Origin: Minutocellus sp. GHC0000111
Lineage: Eukaryota
Length of the DNA stretch: 64,000 nucleotides
Reading direction: 5' to 3'
Assembly: GCA_977018835.1 (NCBI GenBank)
Contig: OZ361258.1
Span: 4,712,001-4,776,000, forward strand
Below the pieces are notes generated by a model. That model worked only from the letters and a program-made list of their open reading frames with translations, did not search any database and was not told where the DNA came from. The translations under genes were made by a program, and so were the position numbers. Each line of letters opens with the position of its first letter. The stretch's first letter is position 1. Below are positions 13,924 through 25,128 of the stretch, piece after piece.

Positions 13924-14632
13924 AATGATAATGCATGCCATGCCATTGAACGAAAGAAATTTCTGATAACAGACAGAGCATAAGCAAAAACTAAACACTT
14001 GTACAACAATAAGATAACCATTGACCAAGACAAGACGAGCCACATGTGCATCTGTGTCCTCATCCCCATGCTAAAACTAGCTAGAACTGCCGCAGGTCAT
14101 GCTACAAGTGTTCCGGAGCAAAGCTCCAAATGCAGACGCTCGAGCCTTTTTCTGGCACATACATGTACCCTGCATGTCGTCCCTGCTCAAGTATAAAATG
14201 TAGGGCCTTTCTTTTACATGTAAGGTTGTTCTGCGTGTTTGCACATCCCCACCGATCCCCTTTCCTGATGCCCACCCCCGGGCAGTGTTTTACATGTAAG
14301 TTTGAGCTAGTTCAAGCCCTGTGTTGTCTGATACTTTTGGTCTTGCCGAGTCGAGGGGTGGCCTCGGCCAGGAAGGAGCACCAGACCAGGAGGCACAAAT
14401 CAAGCAAGCCTCGGCACAGGCCGCAGCAACGAGCTTTGTACCGTGGAAAATGATGACGACAAAAAGAAAAAAAAGACGGAGAAATATCCAATGCTGTAGG
14501 AATTCCTACGTAGTAGGCGTAGGAAATCCTACTAGCTAGGCCTCGCGAGCCCAGCAGCTCGTCTCACTTCAACACGCCAAGCAAAGGAAGTGCAACTCCC
14601 AATATCCCACTGCCTAGCTAGACTACTCTACC

Positions 14633-16047
14633 ATGCCCATCAAAGAGGCGCAGACATTTGGCTACCTGGTAACCGCCCAGGAGATCGAGGAACTGCTATC
14701 GGAATATTCCTCCATCGTGTCGCGACATTTGGAGGAGCACGCGTCGGTCCGGCAGGAGCAGCAGCGAAGGCGGCGGTCGAGCGTCATCAGTCTCACCGCC
14801 GACCAGGCCTTGAATCTCGGAGTTATTGCCGACGCTCTCAGTGACGAGGAGGACGACAGCAGCAGCGGCGGCGGCATCAGTGCTGGTTCGGAAGAAGGGG
14901 GAGCAGTCTCAAACATTCCCAAAAAGGTCCACGTTCGCTCCGCGGCACCCATCCTCCGTCCATTGATGACGAGTTTCCGAACCTGAGAGGTCACACACAA
15001 CTTGACGACGACTTTGATCTTTACGAATATCTCGGCGATGATTCCTGGGGACTCGTCTTTATGCATCCTGGTGAGTATCTAATTAAATTTGGTAGCAGAG
15101 GCAACGGTTTCATCGACGTGACACTTTCCAATACTTTGCAACTTACTTGTGTACTTGCGTAGTTTGAGGCCTACTAGAGAGTCTAGTACATTATGCGGAT
15201 AAATTCAATTTGGAATTGTTCAATCAATTGCAACGAGCAACCGAGCAAGGTTTAAGTGCACATTCTCACATTTTTCTCCTACTTGTAACTGTCACTTTAA
15301 ATTCCCCTGCGAATATCTGCAGATGACTTTACGCCGGTCTGCACGACGGAGCTGGGCCAAGCGGCGAAAATGCAGGACGAATTTGCCAAGCGGAACGTGA
15401 AAATGGTGGGCTATTCCTGCAATGACCACCAGACGCACTGGCATTGGATAAAGGATATATTTATTGCCACAGGTGGGTACGTGCGCTTCCCAATCTTTGC
15501 CGACCCCACCCGACAGACGGCCATCCAGTTGGGAATATTGGACAAGTCCGCAAAGGACGACGAGGGGCTGCCCCTCACCCTTCGCGTCGTGTACGTCTTG
15601 AAGCCTGATAAGACGATTGCTCTGACCATGACCTACCCCATGTCGACGGGTCGTAACTTTGACGAAATCTTGCGCATCGTCGATGCCCTCCAGCTCACCG
15701 AGAAGCACAGCGTCGCCACCCCGGCCAATTGGACTCCCGGGAAGGATGTCATTGTGAATTTGGGTCTGGACGATGAACAGGCCGACGAAAAGTTTGGAAG
15801 CGATGGATGGAGGGCCATTCAGCTTCCGTCCGAGATGGAAAAGAGAAAGAAGCTCATTGCAGAGGCCGAGGAGATGGCCAAGAATGATGCAAGTGGCAAG
15901 GAAGGGGAGGATACGGCGATCAAGGAGCCATTGCTCAAACAGCACTATCTGCGATACACTCCCGACCCAGGACGGTCGTCTGGACAAGGAGGAGATGGAA
16001 AGGCTGGTACCGTGGAAGAGAAAAAGAATGATGATGCTGCATCATAG
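14633..16047 (+). CDS. PRDX6: 1-Cys peroxiredoxin (Prx6 family) with an apparent N-terminal extension
   Basis: Exon 1 ends DDEFPNLRGHTQLDDDFDLYEYLGDDSWGLVFMHP. Intron 15071-15322 (gtgagt...ctgcag). Exon 2 reads DFTPVCTTELG...YPMSTGRNFDEILRIVDALQL...VATPANW, the diagnostic Prx6 motifs. Joining it to the 14633 ATG needs a frameshift near 14960. Confidence 0.9.
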
Positions 16048-16256
16048 AATTGCACATGTAGCTGGGGTTGGCGGTGGCTAGATCTATGCATTTTCTAGTA
16101 CAGTGGCGTGTATTACCTCTGCTGCCTTCAGACACATTTATGCGATACCCTCCTATTAGCTTCTAGTGGTACATCTTGTTTGCACCAATCTGTCTACAGC
16201 ACAGTATATTTTATTTCAACTGACTTCTATATTACTGCCTCATTTCTAGTCCGAAG

Positions 16257-17068
16257 CTATGCCTTCTTTTCGGCAGTCGAAGCAGATGATGAAGTGGACC
16301 AAGACAGAATAGCGTTCCAAATGACTCCGAAGGCCGCACAATAAGTCACCTGCAAGTCCACCGGAACAAAATTGAATTGCACGAACTGCACCGGAAGCCA
16401 ATATCCCCAATTCCTTACCAAGACAGATGGAATCTTAGAGAAGGTCTCGCTGAACAGCTCTTCTCTTCGTAGGTTGGCCTCCTCCGAACCGAAACCATCC
16501 TCAGATTCCCACCCGGCCCGGAGCGCTGGTACCATAAAAAGAAAGGTGGGATAGTAGCAGAAGGGAATGAAGAAGAACTGTGCCAGCGCCAGTCGAACCA
16601 AAGCCTCGTCAAAGGTGGCATTGAGAAATCCAAAGATGAAGTGCTGCACGCCGCCGGTGTAGATGCCACCGAAGGCCACAAAGGCCGCCGTCCGGACCTT
16701 ATCCCAATCTTCTGGAGGGAACGACCGAGGTCGGACCTCTGACGAAAGAGACTGGGCAATGACGTCGTCGGCCAGGGCCAGTGCACCTCCCGTCGCAATG
16801 TGTTCCAGAAGCACTGGGTCGGTGAGCTGCTCCACGATGCCCCCGTCGACCAGGGCAAGGCTGGTATCGGCACGAGCAGTGCTACTTCCAGTCCACGAAA
16901 ATTTGGGCTCGGCGGCAGCACAAGTCTCCGCCTTGCGGTCCCCGCCGATCGGGCAGATTGCAAATGATGCTGGGCCGTGGGGACCACAAAGGATTGTGCC
17001 ACTGGTGCGAGCGCCGCGAGCAGCGATGCCGCTCGGAGGAGGGACCTGGTGCCGACCCTCATTGTCAT
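16257..17068 (-). CDS. Mpv17/PMP22 family membrane protein with predicted bipartite plastid-targeting peptide (frameshift ~16840-16900)
   Basis: TGGALALADDVIAQ, RTAAFVAFG, LAQFFFIPFCYYP, NWGYWLPVQFVQFNFVPVDLQV, IWNAILS. The N-terminus has a signal peptide ending AQS-FVVP. Confidence 0.85.
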
Positions 17069-17269
17069 GTCTTGCTTCTTTCGAGAACGACGAATGACGT
17101 TGCTGGTATGGTCGGCATTTTCGGCGAGGTGCTAGCTCGGCGAGGTTGCGAGCCGAGCGAGAGAAGATACCAAGATAGATACCACCGGATCAGCACGGCA
17201 CTTTTATTGCTGGCTGTGCCGTACGAACTCGTAAGCAAATCACTCTGTTTCACGAAAGTTTGCATCAAA

Positions 17270-18200
17270 ATGGGCAAGAAGAGCCGACGAAACCGACTCA
17301 AGACCAGCGGTTGGCGGCAGCAACAGCCGAACCGGCCGGCCGATGCCGCAGACTGGCGCCGGCGGTCTTCTCGGTTTGCCCCTCGACCGCGCTCCGGACG
17401 GCAAGCCCGTGCGCAACGCGGCCATCATGGTGGCGAGGGAGGACAGCCCTCCCCTTCGGTGCGTCCTGTGCTCTGCCTTCTCGGACGTTGCACTCAAGAT
17501 CAACGACGTCCATCTGCTCTGCGTGCGCTGCCTCTATCCCACCCTTACGGCAGCCCAGGCCGAGTTCCAGGCGATGGCTCTGAGGGGCGAGGTCGAGAAG
17601 CTTAGTGCCTCGCAGGATGAGAATCTGCGGGAGGAGAAGAAGATTGTTCGTCACGTAGCGGCGCCTTACTGTGGCTCCTGCCGCAGCGGAAAGCGTACCG
17701 ATGGTTCCAACGACCCAGAAAAGACGGAGCTGCTTGGATACAAGCCCTGCGTGGCATGCAAATCCCGTTTCATCTGCCCCGAGTGCTTCGATGGTGACCG
17801 CATGGAGACTTGCATGGCTTGCAAGGCATCCATCAGATCGAAGCTCAAGGAAAAGGCCAAGAACACGGCAGATCACCACATGCTCAGAGGCGTTGCCATG
17901 CTCAGCGAGATGGTAGCCTCGGAGGAAGAGCTTCGGTACGATTGCCGGATGCTGTACCATCGGCGCTACCGCGAGGGCAAGTGCAGTTGTTGCGCTGGCG
18001 ATGACATCGTCGGCGGTTTCAAGGCGAAAGGAACCGAACCTATCGGTAAGCGCTGTGGTGGCTGCTCGGCTGTTTGGTACTGCAACGAGACCTGCCAAAC
18101 GATTGACTGGGAGGTCCACCGAGAAGAATGCGCCGTCATGAAGAGGGAGAGGGAAGATCGCATTGCCGCTTGGCAGACCAAGAATTGGGCTAGTGTGTAG
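17270..18200 (+). CDS. MYND-type zinc finger protein with additional Cys-rich motifs (probable frameshift near the 5' end)
   Basis: C-terminal CSCC...KRCGGCSAVWYCNETCQTIDWEVHREEC. N-terminal MGKKSRRNR lies in an adjacent frame. Confidence 0.8.
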
Positions 18201-18392
18201 GTAGGTGGTGGGAGCGGAGAAAAAATGCACATACTTGGGAAAATACTTACAAGAAACGAATAATACACAGCAAATAAATTGATTTTGGTTGCATGGCAAT
18301 TGCTACTATAGTAGTCGGAAAGGTTTCTACCACAACAAATATCACCCACACCAACATTGCATTTCTATTCTACCACTACCCTTGGTTTCGTG

Positions 18393-19490
18393 CTATAAGC
18401 CGACCAACTCCTCAGCTTCCTCTTCCGCCTTTTCGGAGCTTCCACCCTGCTTCAACTTCTTAGCTTCGTCCTCACTTGTCATCTTGCTTTCCAATTCCAT
18501 CCGCGTCTCCATGTCCATGTCAACAACATCCTCGAGAACATGCGGGAAGAGATCGTCTGGATTGATCTCGCATCCGGGCTCACTGCCTGTTACGCAGTAA
18601 TGCTCTGCAGCCTCGCGTGACTCTTGAGTGGCGTGCGTGTTCTTCTGAGCAGCACCCGCCATGACGCTGAGGATGATGGTCCATATCAATCCACAAACAG
18701 TGATGAAGGGAATCTGCAAGTTCTCCTCGACAAAGCCAAACTGTATGAATTGCACGGGAATCCAGAAGAGCAGATTTCTTTGCATTAGAGGAATAAAGGT
18801 CTGCCGAGCCCGCTGGATGGTTTGCTCGACGGTCAGCTCCTGCAGGATGCCGGTAATGGTATAAAACACTGGATAGTAAATAAACGGCACAATACCGAGC
18901 TGAGAGGCCAGCGTCTGTTCCAAAGTCGCGTAGATAAATGTGGGGTCGGCACCGCTGGCTTCACCAAGAGCCTTGGCCGCTTGCGACAGTGGCGGGATGG
19001 CACCAATGAGTCCACCGAGATATTGCCCTTTGAGATTGGCCACGATGGTCGGATAGGTCTCATGCTGCAGCCATCGGTAGCATGCATCAAACGTCATGAA
19101 CGACGCTGCTCTCTTCCGGTCGTACAGGACGTCCACGTCGCGGCTCTGGGCCAGGGCATCACCCATGAGAGCCACAGTTGCGCCGGTCATCATCTTGGTT
19201 GGGAGGGGATGGGCGGCGAGCTGGTTCTTGTAGGCGGACAATACATCGACGGGGAGAGCATTTGCCAGAGTGGTTGTCGAAGATGACACGCCGGTACTGA
19301 ACTGGTCCAGCGCGTGCTGAGCCGTCGACGGATCGGAAACGGCATGCTGCAATGTCCCCAAGACTTCAGGGGATGGCACCGTGAATGCATGCGCTTGCTG
19401 CCCAGACCAAGCCCAACATGAGAGGAATGAGAGCACCAGGGTTGAAGACAATAGCCTTTTTGGTCTTGACGTCGATATTCTGCCGCTCAT
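18393..19490 (-). CDS. Mpv17/PMP22 family membrane protein with predicted bipartite plastid-targeting peptide
   Basis: LAAHPLPTKMMTGATVALMGDALAQ, YDRKRAASF, SQLGIVPFIYYPVFY, NLLFWIPVQFIQFGFV, IWTIILS. Signal peptide ends AHA-FTVP. Confidence 0.88.
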   Translation of the reverse strand: MSGRISTSRPKRLLSSTLVLSFLSCWAWSGQQAHAFTVPSPEVLGTLQHAVSDPSTAQHALDQFSTGVSSSTTTLANALPVDVLSAYKNQLAAHPLPTKMMTGATVALMGDALAQSRDVDVLYDRKRAASFMTFDACYRWLQHETYPTIVANLKGQYLGGLIGAIPPLSQAAKALGEASGADPTFIYATLEQTLASQLGIVPFIYYPVFYTITGILQELTVEQTIQRARQTFIPLMQRNLLFWIPVQFIQFGFVEENLQIPFITVCGLIWTIILSVMAGAAQKNTHATQESREAAEHYCVTGSEPGCEINPDDLFPHVLEDVVDMDMETRMELESKMTSEDEAKKLKQGGSSEKAEEEAEELVGL

Positions 19491-21104
19491 TTTAGCACGC
19501 AACGTGAAACGACTGGGCTGGAACTTGGACGATATACTGCCTCGGTCGAATGCGGCGAGATATAAGAAGTAGTACGAGAGTGTGGGGTAGACCCAGCGAG
19601 TGAGTGTGGGCCTTGACTGTGTTGGAACGCCGGCCCAACGAGTTGGCTCGGCTGGTGGATGCACTTTCAAATTTGTGGTGGGACGTGGCCGTGTGCCCGC
19701 CCAAGGGGGAAAGAAAGAAAAAGGGACCCCCGGAAACGTCATTGATTCATTCGACTCAATTACCCAACTACATGTACGTTGTGCATCTTTTGCAACCCAA
19801 GTTGCATCACTGATTCCTCCTTAGTAACGGCCTCAAAAAACACCAAACTGCGTTCACACCCCACGAGCTCGTTCAGTATCAGGCCCTTTTGCAACCGTAA
19901 TTTCGGTTGCAAAGCGCGGCACAGTTGCACAGGAAGTTGCATTTTTGCTGGTCCCTTTGCAACCGGGAACACTTTTTGCAACCTTGTCGAGCGTGTCCGA
20001 CCCCTCCAACGCGTGAAAGTACGGCAAAAAACTTCACAATGCCGTCCTCAACCATGGCCGTCGCCCGGCGTCTCGGTGCGCGCTCCATCGAAACGATTTC
20101 GGTGGCAGACGCTAACGGCACGATCGATCGGTGTCGTTGCCGTTTATCTTTCTGTTCTCGCAAGCTGGCAGGCTCCATCAGGCGATTCCCGCGACCCACA
20201 TGACCGTGGTGCCACCGTGGAACTTTTTTTGCGAAGCCGGCCCACCTCTTCTTGCATGTGCTTCGTTTTGAATCTCTCTGGCGTGTCGGAGCTACTGTCG
20301 TCGTCACCGTCGTTCGAGATGATTATCGGCCATCGATTGATGGCTCTGGCCACCGATTCTGGCACGTCCTCGTCGATTTCGAGGGAGTTCATTCCTGCCC
20401 TTCGTATCTCGTTCGTTTCGCCCGTCCCCACACCTCCGTGCCCACTATCAGCAGATAGAGATGCTCCCAGCAAGCACCACGAGCTTTTTGGAGCGGCGGA
20501 TGATATGTATCAAAGAGCTACTGCTTTGTCTGGGGCGGAGGAGGAGACGGCCGATATTGCTACTATCCCGAAGTTGGAAGGGTGGTAGCTTGAGAAGTTG
20601 GAGTTTAGCAGATGGTGATTTGGGATGGGAGAACATACCCATGTCCGTCAGAAATCCAACAAAGATGGCATCGGGCGTTGGATGATAGTATACTTGGTTG
20701 ATTCTGCATGGAGAGAGCGCCGATGGGCACATGTGCCCATGAGCATGCGACATGCCATGTTATTGGTGGAGAAAATGATGAGATATGAGGGCCTTGTTGG
20801 AAAATGATGTGTTATGGAAGATACAAGATAGAAGAATCGAAGATGCGGCATAGAATGGGCATATGTAAAGGTAGTGATAGGTATATAAGCTTATTTTTAT
20901 GTAGATACTGGTCCTCGTGCCTCTACCGGTAGATAGATGATGTGCTGTTTTTTGCTCTTCGCATCTTTTCAGACTTGGCCGATTTTTTGTGTCCATCGAT
21001 TTTTCGTATTTATTGACTTTGACTTTTCCTTATTGTTTTTGGCCTTGAATAAGGTTGCACTGATAGTTGCAGTATTTTTGCGTACCTTCACGTTGCTACA
21101 TGTA

Positions 21105-21515
21105 CATTCGAGTCGAGAACATGGTTACTACGAGCAGTTTAGAGGATTTAGAAGTGGACCTGAACGGCGCTATGAGTAATTATTTGCGGCTGGTTTTGCT
21201 TGTTCTAACCTACTTTCTCCACTTTCCAACGCCTGAGTATGTCAACATGATAAAACGACTATGTAGAAAATTGTTATACATGTACAAGAATCATTTTGAG
21301 ACTGGCAGATGCTCTGATAGTGATGGATTCTCGGCTCGTCATTCGAGTCGAGAATATGGTTACTACGAGCAGTTTAGAGGTTTTAGGAGTGGACCTGAAC
21401 GGCGCTATGAGTAATCATTTGCGGTTGGCTTTGCTGATTTTACTTTCTTCATTTCTCGTTGCCTGATTATGTCGATCCTATAAAACGTCTACGTAGAACA
21501 TTGTCATACATGTAC
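21105..21515. repeat. Diverged direct repeat, two copies of ~180 bp with 235-bp spacing
   Basis: cattcgagtcgagaaYatggttactacgagcagtttagagg...ggacctgaacggcgctatgagtaat starts at 21105 and 21340. Both copies end ...atacatgtac. Confidence 0.9.
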
Positions 21516-21777
21516 TAGCTACTAGCTAGCCTACGTAGTACGAGAAAGGCGGAGGCCCCTGACATCAGGGTAGTCTACCGGTAATGTACCGCTACACGCG
21601 TCAGTCACAACATTTCCTACGAGGAATTTCGTGTTGCAGTGTGCGTTGCATGTTGAATTATATATGTGTATTTAACGAAGGTCTACATCTACCGTACCGG
21701 TAGATCTAACTAGGATTTCCTAGATCTACATGTACGTACCGGTAAAAATCCAGATCCATCGGTAAAAGATGCGCCTT

Positions 21778-23628
21778 TCAAGCAGCCTTGGCCCTGGTCT
21801 TTTTGGAGAAGCTTTTGCTCGTTGCAATATTCATCATCTCTGTTGAAGAGCCATCGAGTCTTCCTAGCACCAGACAGACCTGATGGTGCATCATTTTCAT
21901 GCTTGGCCGGTGGTGCAGGGAGGGGTGCCACCCACTCCTAAGAAGTTCACGGAGAGGATTGGGCCACGAAGTCGGCAGGTGTGGACGTTCGGTGCCATAA
22001 ACAACGCGCTCGGCATGGGTTTGTCGATTCATGCCTTCGTAGGGCTTGGACAGGGTCAAGATTTGCCACAAAAGTACCGTGTATGAATAGCAGTCCGCGG
22101 AGAAATTGTATGGCTCATGACGGGACACTGGAATGGGGGGGGGATCAGTCAGTCATAATTTGATGCATGCGCGGGGGAGAAATGAGGTTGAGATGTATGA
22201 GCATTGTTGATACAATTAAACAAATACATGTAAGACAAACGAACACATGTCGAAAAATAAATAAACCATCAATGGACGCATTGCCCTACCTTCTGGAGCC
22301 ATGAAACGAGGGCTGCCCGTGTTCCCGCTCAAAAGATATGTCCCGTCGTTACCGCCGTCAAGGCAATTCACCTCCTTGGCAAGACCGAAATCAAATAGCT
22401 GTATTCTGCCCGTGTGAGTGAAACCCACGTTGCCCGCCTTCAAATCTCTGTAAATGATACCTTTTGAATGCAAATAGGAAAGGGCGGACGCTATATCTGG
22501 TGCTACACGCAAACGATCGACAAGAGCAGCTCGGCTCTTCTCGAAGCATCGCTTCCCTCGGGATATTTTGTTCCTAAGGCGGCTACTGATGGTGTTGGCG
22601 CCGAAGGGAGCCAGACCTTCCTCGATCGCCTGCACCTTCCAAGATTCTCGGATGCGATCATCAAGTGTGCTGTGAAGTCGATCCATAACGAGGAAATAGC
22701 CGCTGGGGATACCAGATGCAAAACCTTGAGGACCGCGAGAAGATAGGCCGCGGAGACGGATGATATTGGGATAATCGAGGGACGCTAGAAAGGTAGCTTC
22801 GACGGCAAGGTCCTCTGGGCATTTCAGAGTCTCAGAACTGAGAATTTTAATACAAAGGTGGGACTCTTTCGTTGAAGTTAAAGAGGCAAGGCGGTGTCGA
22901 CTGGTCTCTTCGCGGTGAAGTGTGCTGTTGTCTAGCTCGGCGCCGTCGTTGTCGTTGTCGTCTTGCTGGTGTGCTGGGGCAGCTGCATCGCTACCATAAA
23001 AAGAAGTGAGAAAGGAAGGGCTCCATTTATACTTTCTTGTTGCTCTGCCCTCCTCACTGCTCGGCTTTGAGCTAATGGGAGTGATATGTGATATCTCCAA
23101 GACGTCGGAGAAGCCGCCTCGACCAAGGCGCTTGCCAATGCCTATCTCGTTGGCGTCGAAGCGAGGAACACCATCGAGAGACGACGAGGAAAGCACCTGG
23201 CTGTATTCTAATGTATCCCGAACTGCTAGGACTGCGGCCTTGGCGGTTTCAATGGCCGAGTCCCTTGTCGCGATGGGTACACAGAGGGACGAGTGAGTAG
23301 TATCGTCGTCGTCGCTGTCTGCGCACTGATTTGAAGATGCAGCGGGCATAGATAGCTGCGAAGTGAATCTCTTGATTTGTGTAGACCGATGGGATATCGC
23401 TTGAAAGGATGTTGCAGTAGTGGAAGTAGACGACTCTGTTGGTCGAAGTCGGTCCATTCGCTTGATTCGTCGTTGGGCTGCGGCTCCAATTTCTTGCTGC
23501 TTTTGCCTTGTCGTTGGCGGTTCGCTTTTCTTGATTTTCTTGATTTGCTTCTTGCCCGATGGCGTGAACATCTTTAGAACGGCGGCAGTAGACATTGTCG
23601 ATGTGCGAAATATACAAGCTGTATCCAA
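21778..23628 (-). CDS. Serine/threonine (TKL-like) protein kinase
   Basis: LGRGGFSDV, IYRDLKAGNVGF, FDFGLAKE, TGSPRFMAPE. Intron 22128-22289 joins APE|VSRHEPYNFSADCYSY. Confidence 0.92.
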
Positions 23629-23783
23629 GTACCGGTAGTACTACATCAGTCAAGGTAGAAGGCCGATAGATCATAAGCAATCAATATTCCGGAAGTTTGC
23701 TCTTGGTGCACAACGAGATCGGCAGCAGCAGCAGCAGCAGTCAGGCCCGGTTCGCTTTTTGAGTGTGTGCTGCTTGGTAGTCA

Positions 23784-24010
23784 CAGGGAAACCTGGGGGT
23801 AATTTCCAGAAATACTGGGGGGCAAACCCCCAGGATTAACCTGGGATCCTGGGGTCCCTCGGAAAAACGGCAAAATGCCCCCATGTACGAGGAATTCTTA
23901 ATAGTAGCTACTACTAGTAACACGTGCGTAGGGGCGGGGGGCAAACTCAGAAATCCTGGGGGGAATCCCAGGTTTAGGGGCAACCCGGAAAGTCCCCCCA
24001 GGTTTCCCTA
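23784..24010. mobile_element. Putative MITE / non-autonomous DNA transposon with ~16-bp terminal inverted repeats
   Basis: cagggaaacctggggg at 23784 and cccccaggtttcccta ending 24010. Internal repeats of cctggggg/cccagg. No clean TSD. Confidence 0.5.
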
Positions 24011-24120
24011 AGACTGCTTGGCGACTGTGCATCGCGCGGAAAAGCGGAAAGTTGGGGGGCGAAATGTCGCAGAAATGGTCCGTTCTTCGAAATGTTGAAA
24101 AATGTCAATACGAACAAGCA

Positions 24121-24222
24121 AGATTGCGTACCAGCGGCAAAATGGCGAGCAAATTCGAAGTCAAATATGTCAGATTGCGTACCAGCGGCAAAATGGCGAG
24201 CAAATTCGAAGTCAAATATGTC
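24121..24222. repeat. Perfect tandem duplication of a 51-bp unit
   Basis: agattgcgtaccagcggcaaaatggcgagcaaattcgaagtcaaatatgtc occurs twice. Confidence 0.95.
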
Positions 24223-24434
24223 GCGTTTCTGACTACGAAAGCAAGAAAGGCCAAAGGTGGTTTTGTAGGCCATGTTGACATGTGAAAATGTTATCATTTC
24301 GTGTACTTCTACGTAGCTACGTACATGTAGTAGATCTAGATCTACGTAGCTAGCTCTAGCTAGCTAGAGTACGTGTACGAATAACAAATGTCATCTACAT
24401 CGCAAGATCTTACATGTTGGGGTAGTCCTCCTCC

Positions 24435-24940
24435 TTACCTAGGCTTGAAGGTAGTGTAAGTGCCAGGCTCGAGCCCAAGGTATTTCTCCATCATCGGTGG
24501 CCAAGCTTCCGATTGCACTAGTTGGAATAGTGGGTAGATTCGAGGGGCGACGGTGATTGATCCAGCTTTTTTGACGAACGGAGCTATTGCTGCAGCACCA
24601 TCTACTAGGAACGAAGCTTCACCGATACGCTTCAGACTGTCGGTGTGGGAATGCCCGATGGTCTTGAGCGGCTTGGAGTCTCGATGGTGTGCTCTGCCAT
24701 GTAGCCAGCACCCGAAGAGAAGTCGAGGGCACCGAGTGATAGTTTCTCGATCCATTGAGCTCGACGAAGGTCCATAGTCTGGATGATGTCTTGAACTTGG
24801 CACATTTCCAGAATTGTAGCCCTTGAGATCTTGTGCATTACGTTGATCTTGAGAATAGCACGAAGACAGCGAAACTGAAAGACTCGTAGGGCTTGAACCT
24901 CCTTCGACTGTATTGCCCAGCAGCTGGGCAATACATGTAT
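24435..24940 (-). mobile_element. 5'-truncated non-LTR retrotransposon (LINE, RTE-like) 3' remnant
   Basis: CWAIQSKEVQALRVFQFRCLRAILKI...ISRATILEMCQVQDI...RRAQWIEKL..., then RCPRLLFGCW after a frameshift. This resembles the conserved region after the RT domain of LINE ORF2. No RT core is present. Confidence 0.7.
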
Positions 24941-25128
24941 CAATTGAATGGACAAATCAGCAAAGAAATGCATGTGCTACATATACCTACATGTAGGTAC
25001 GTCGGGCGGCATGCATTCATTGCTGATTTGTAGAGATAAAATGTGTACACACGGTACCGTAGATCTAGACTACCCTCCAATTACAGATATGCTAAGAGAA
25101 TGCTCAATCCAAGCTAGCCATCACCTTC

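Noticed and set aside
19779..20753. Several overlapping 100-270 aa ORFs on both strands
   Set aside because: No recognisable motif or consistent coding signal, so no gene can be supported.
24121..24222. Possible CRISPR-like repeats (also the 21105/21340 pair and 12390-12470)
   Set aside because: Only two copies or no unique spacers, no cas genes, and a eukaryotic context.
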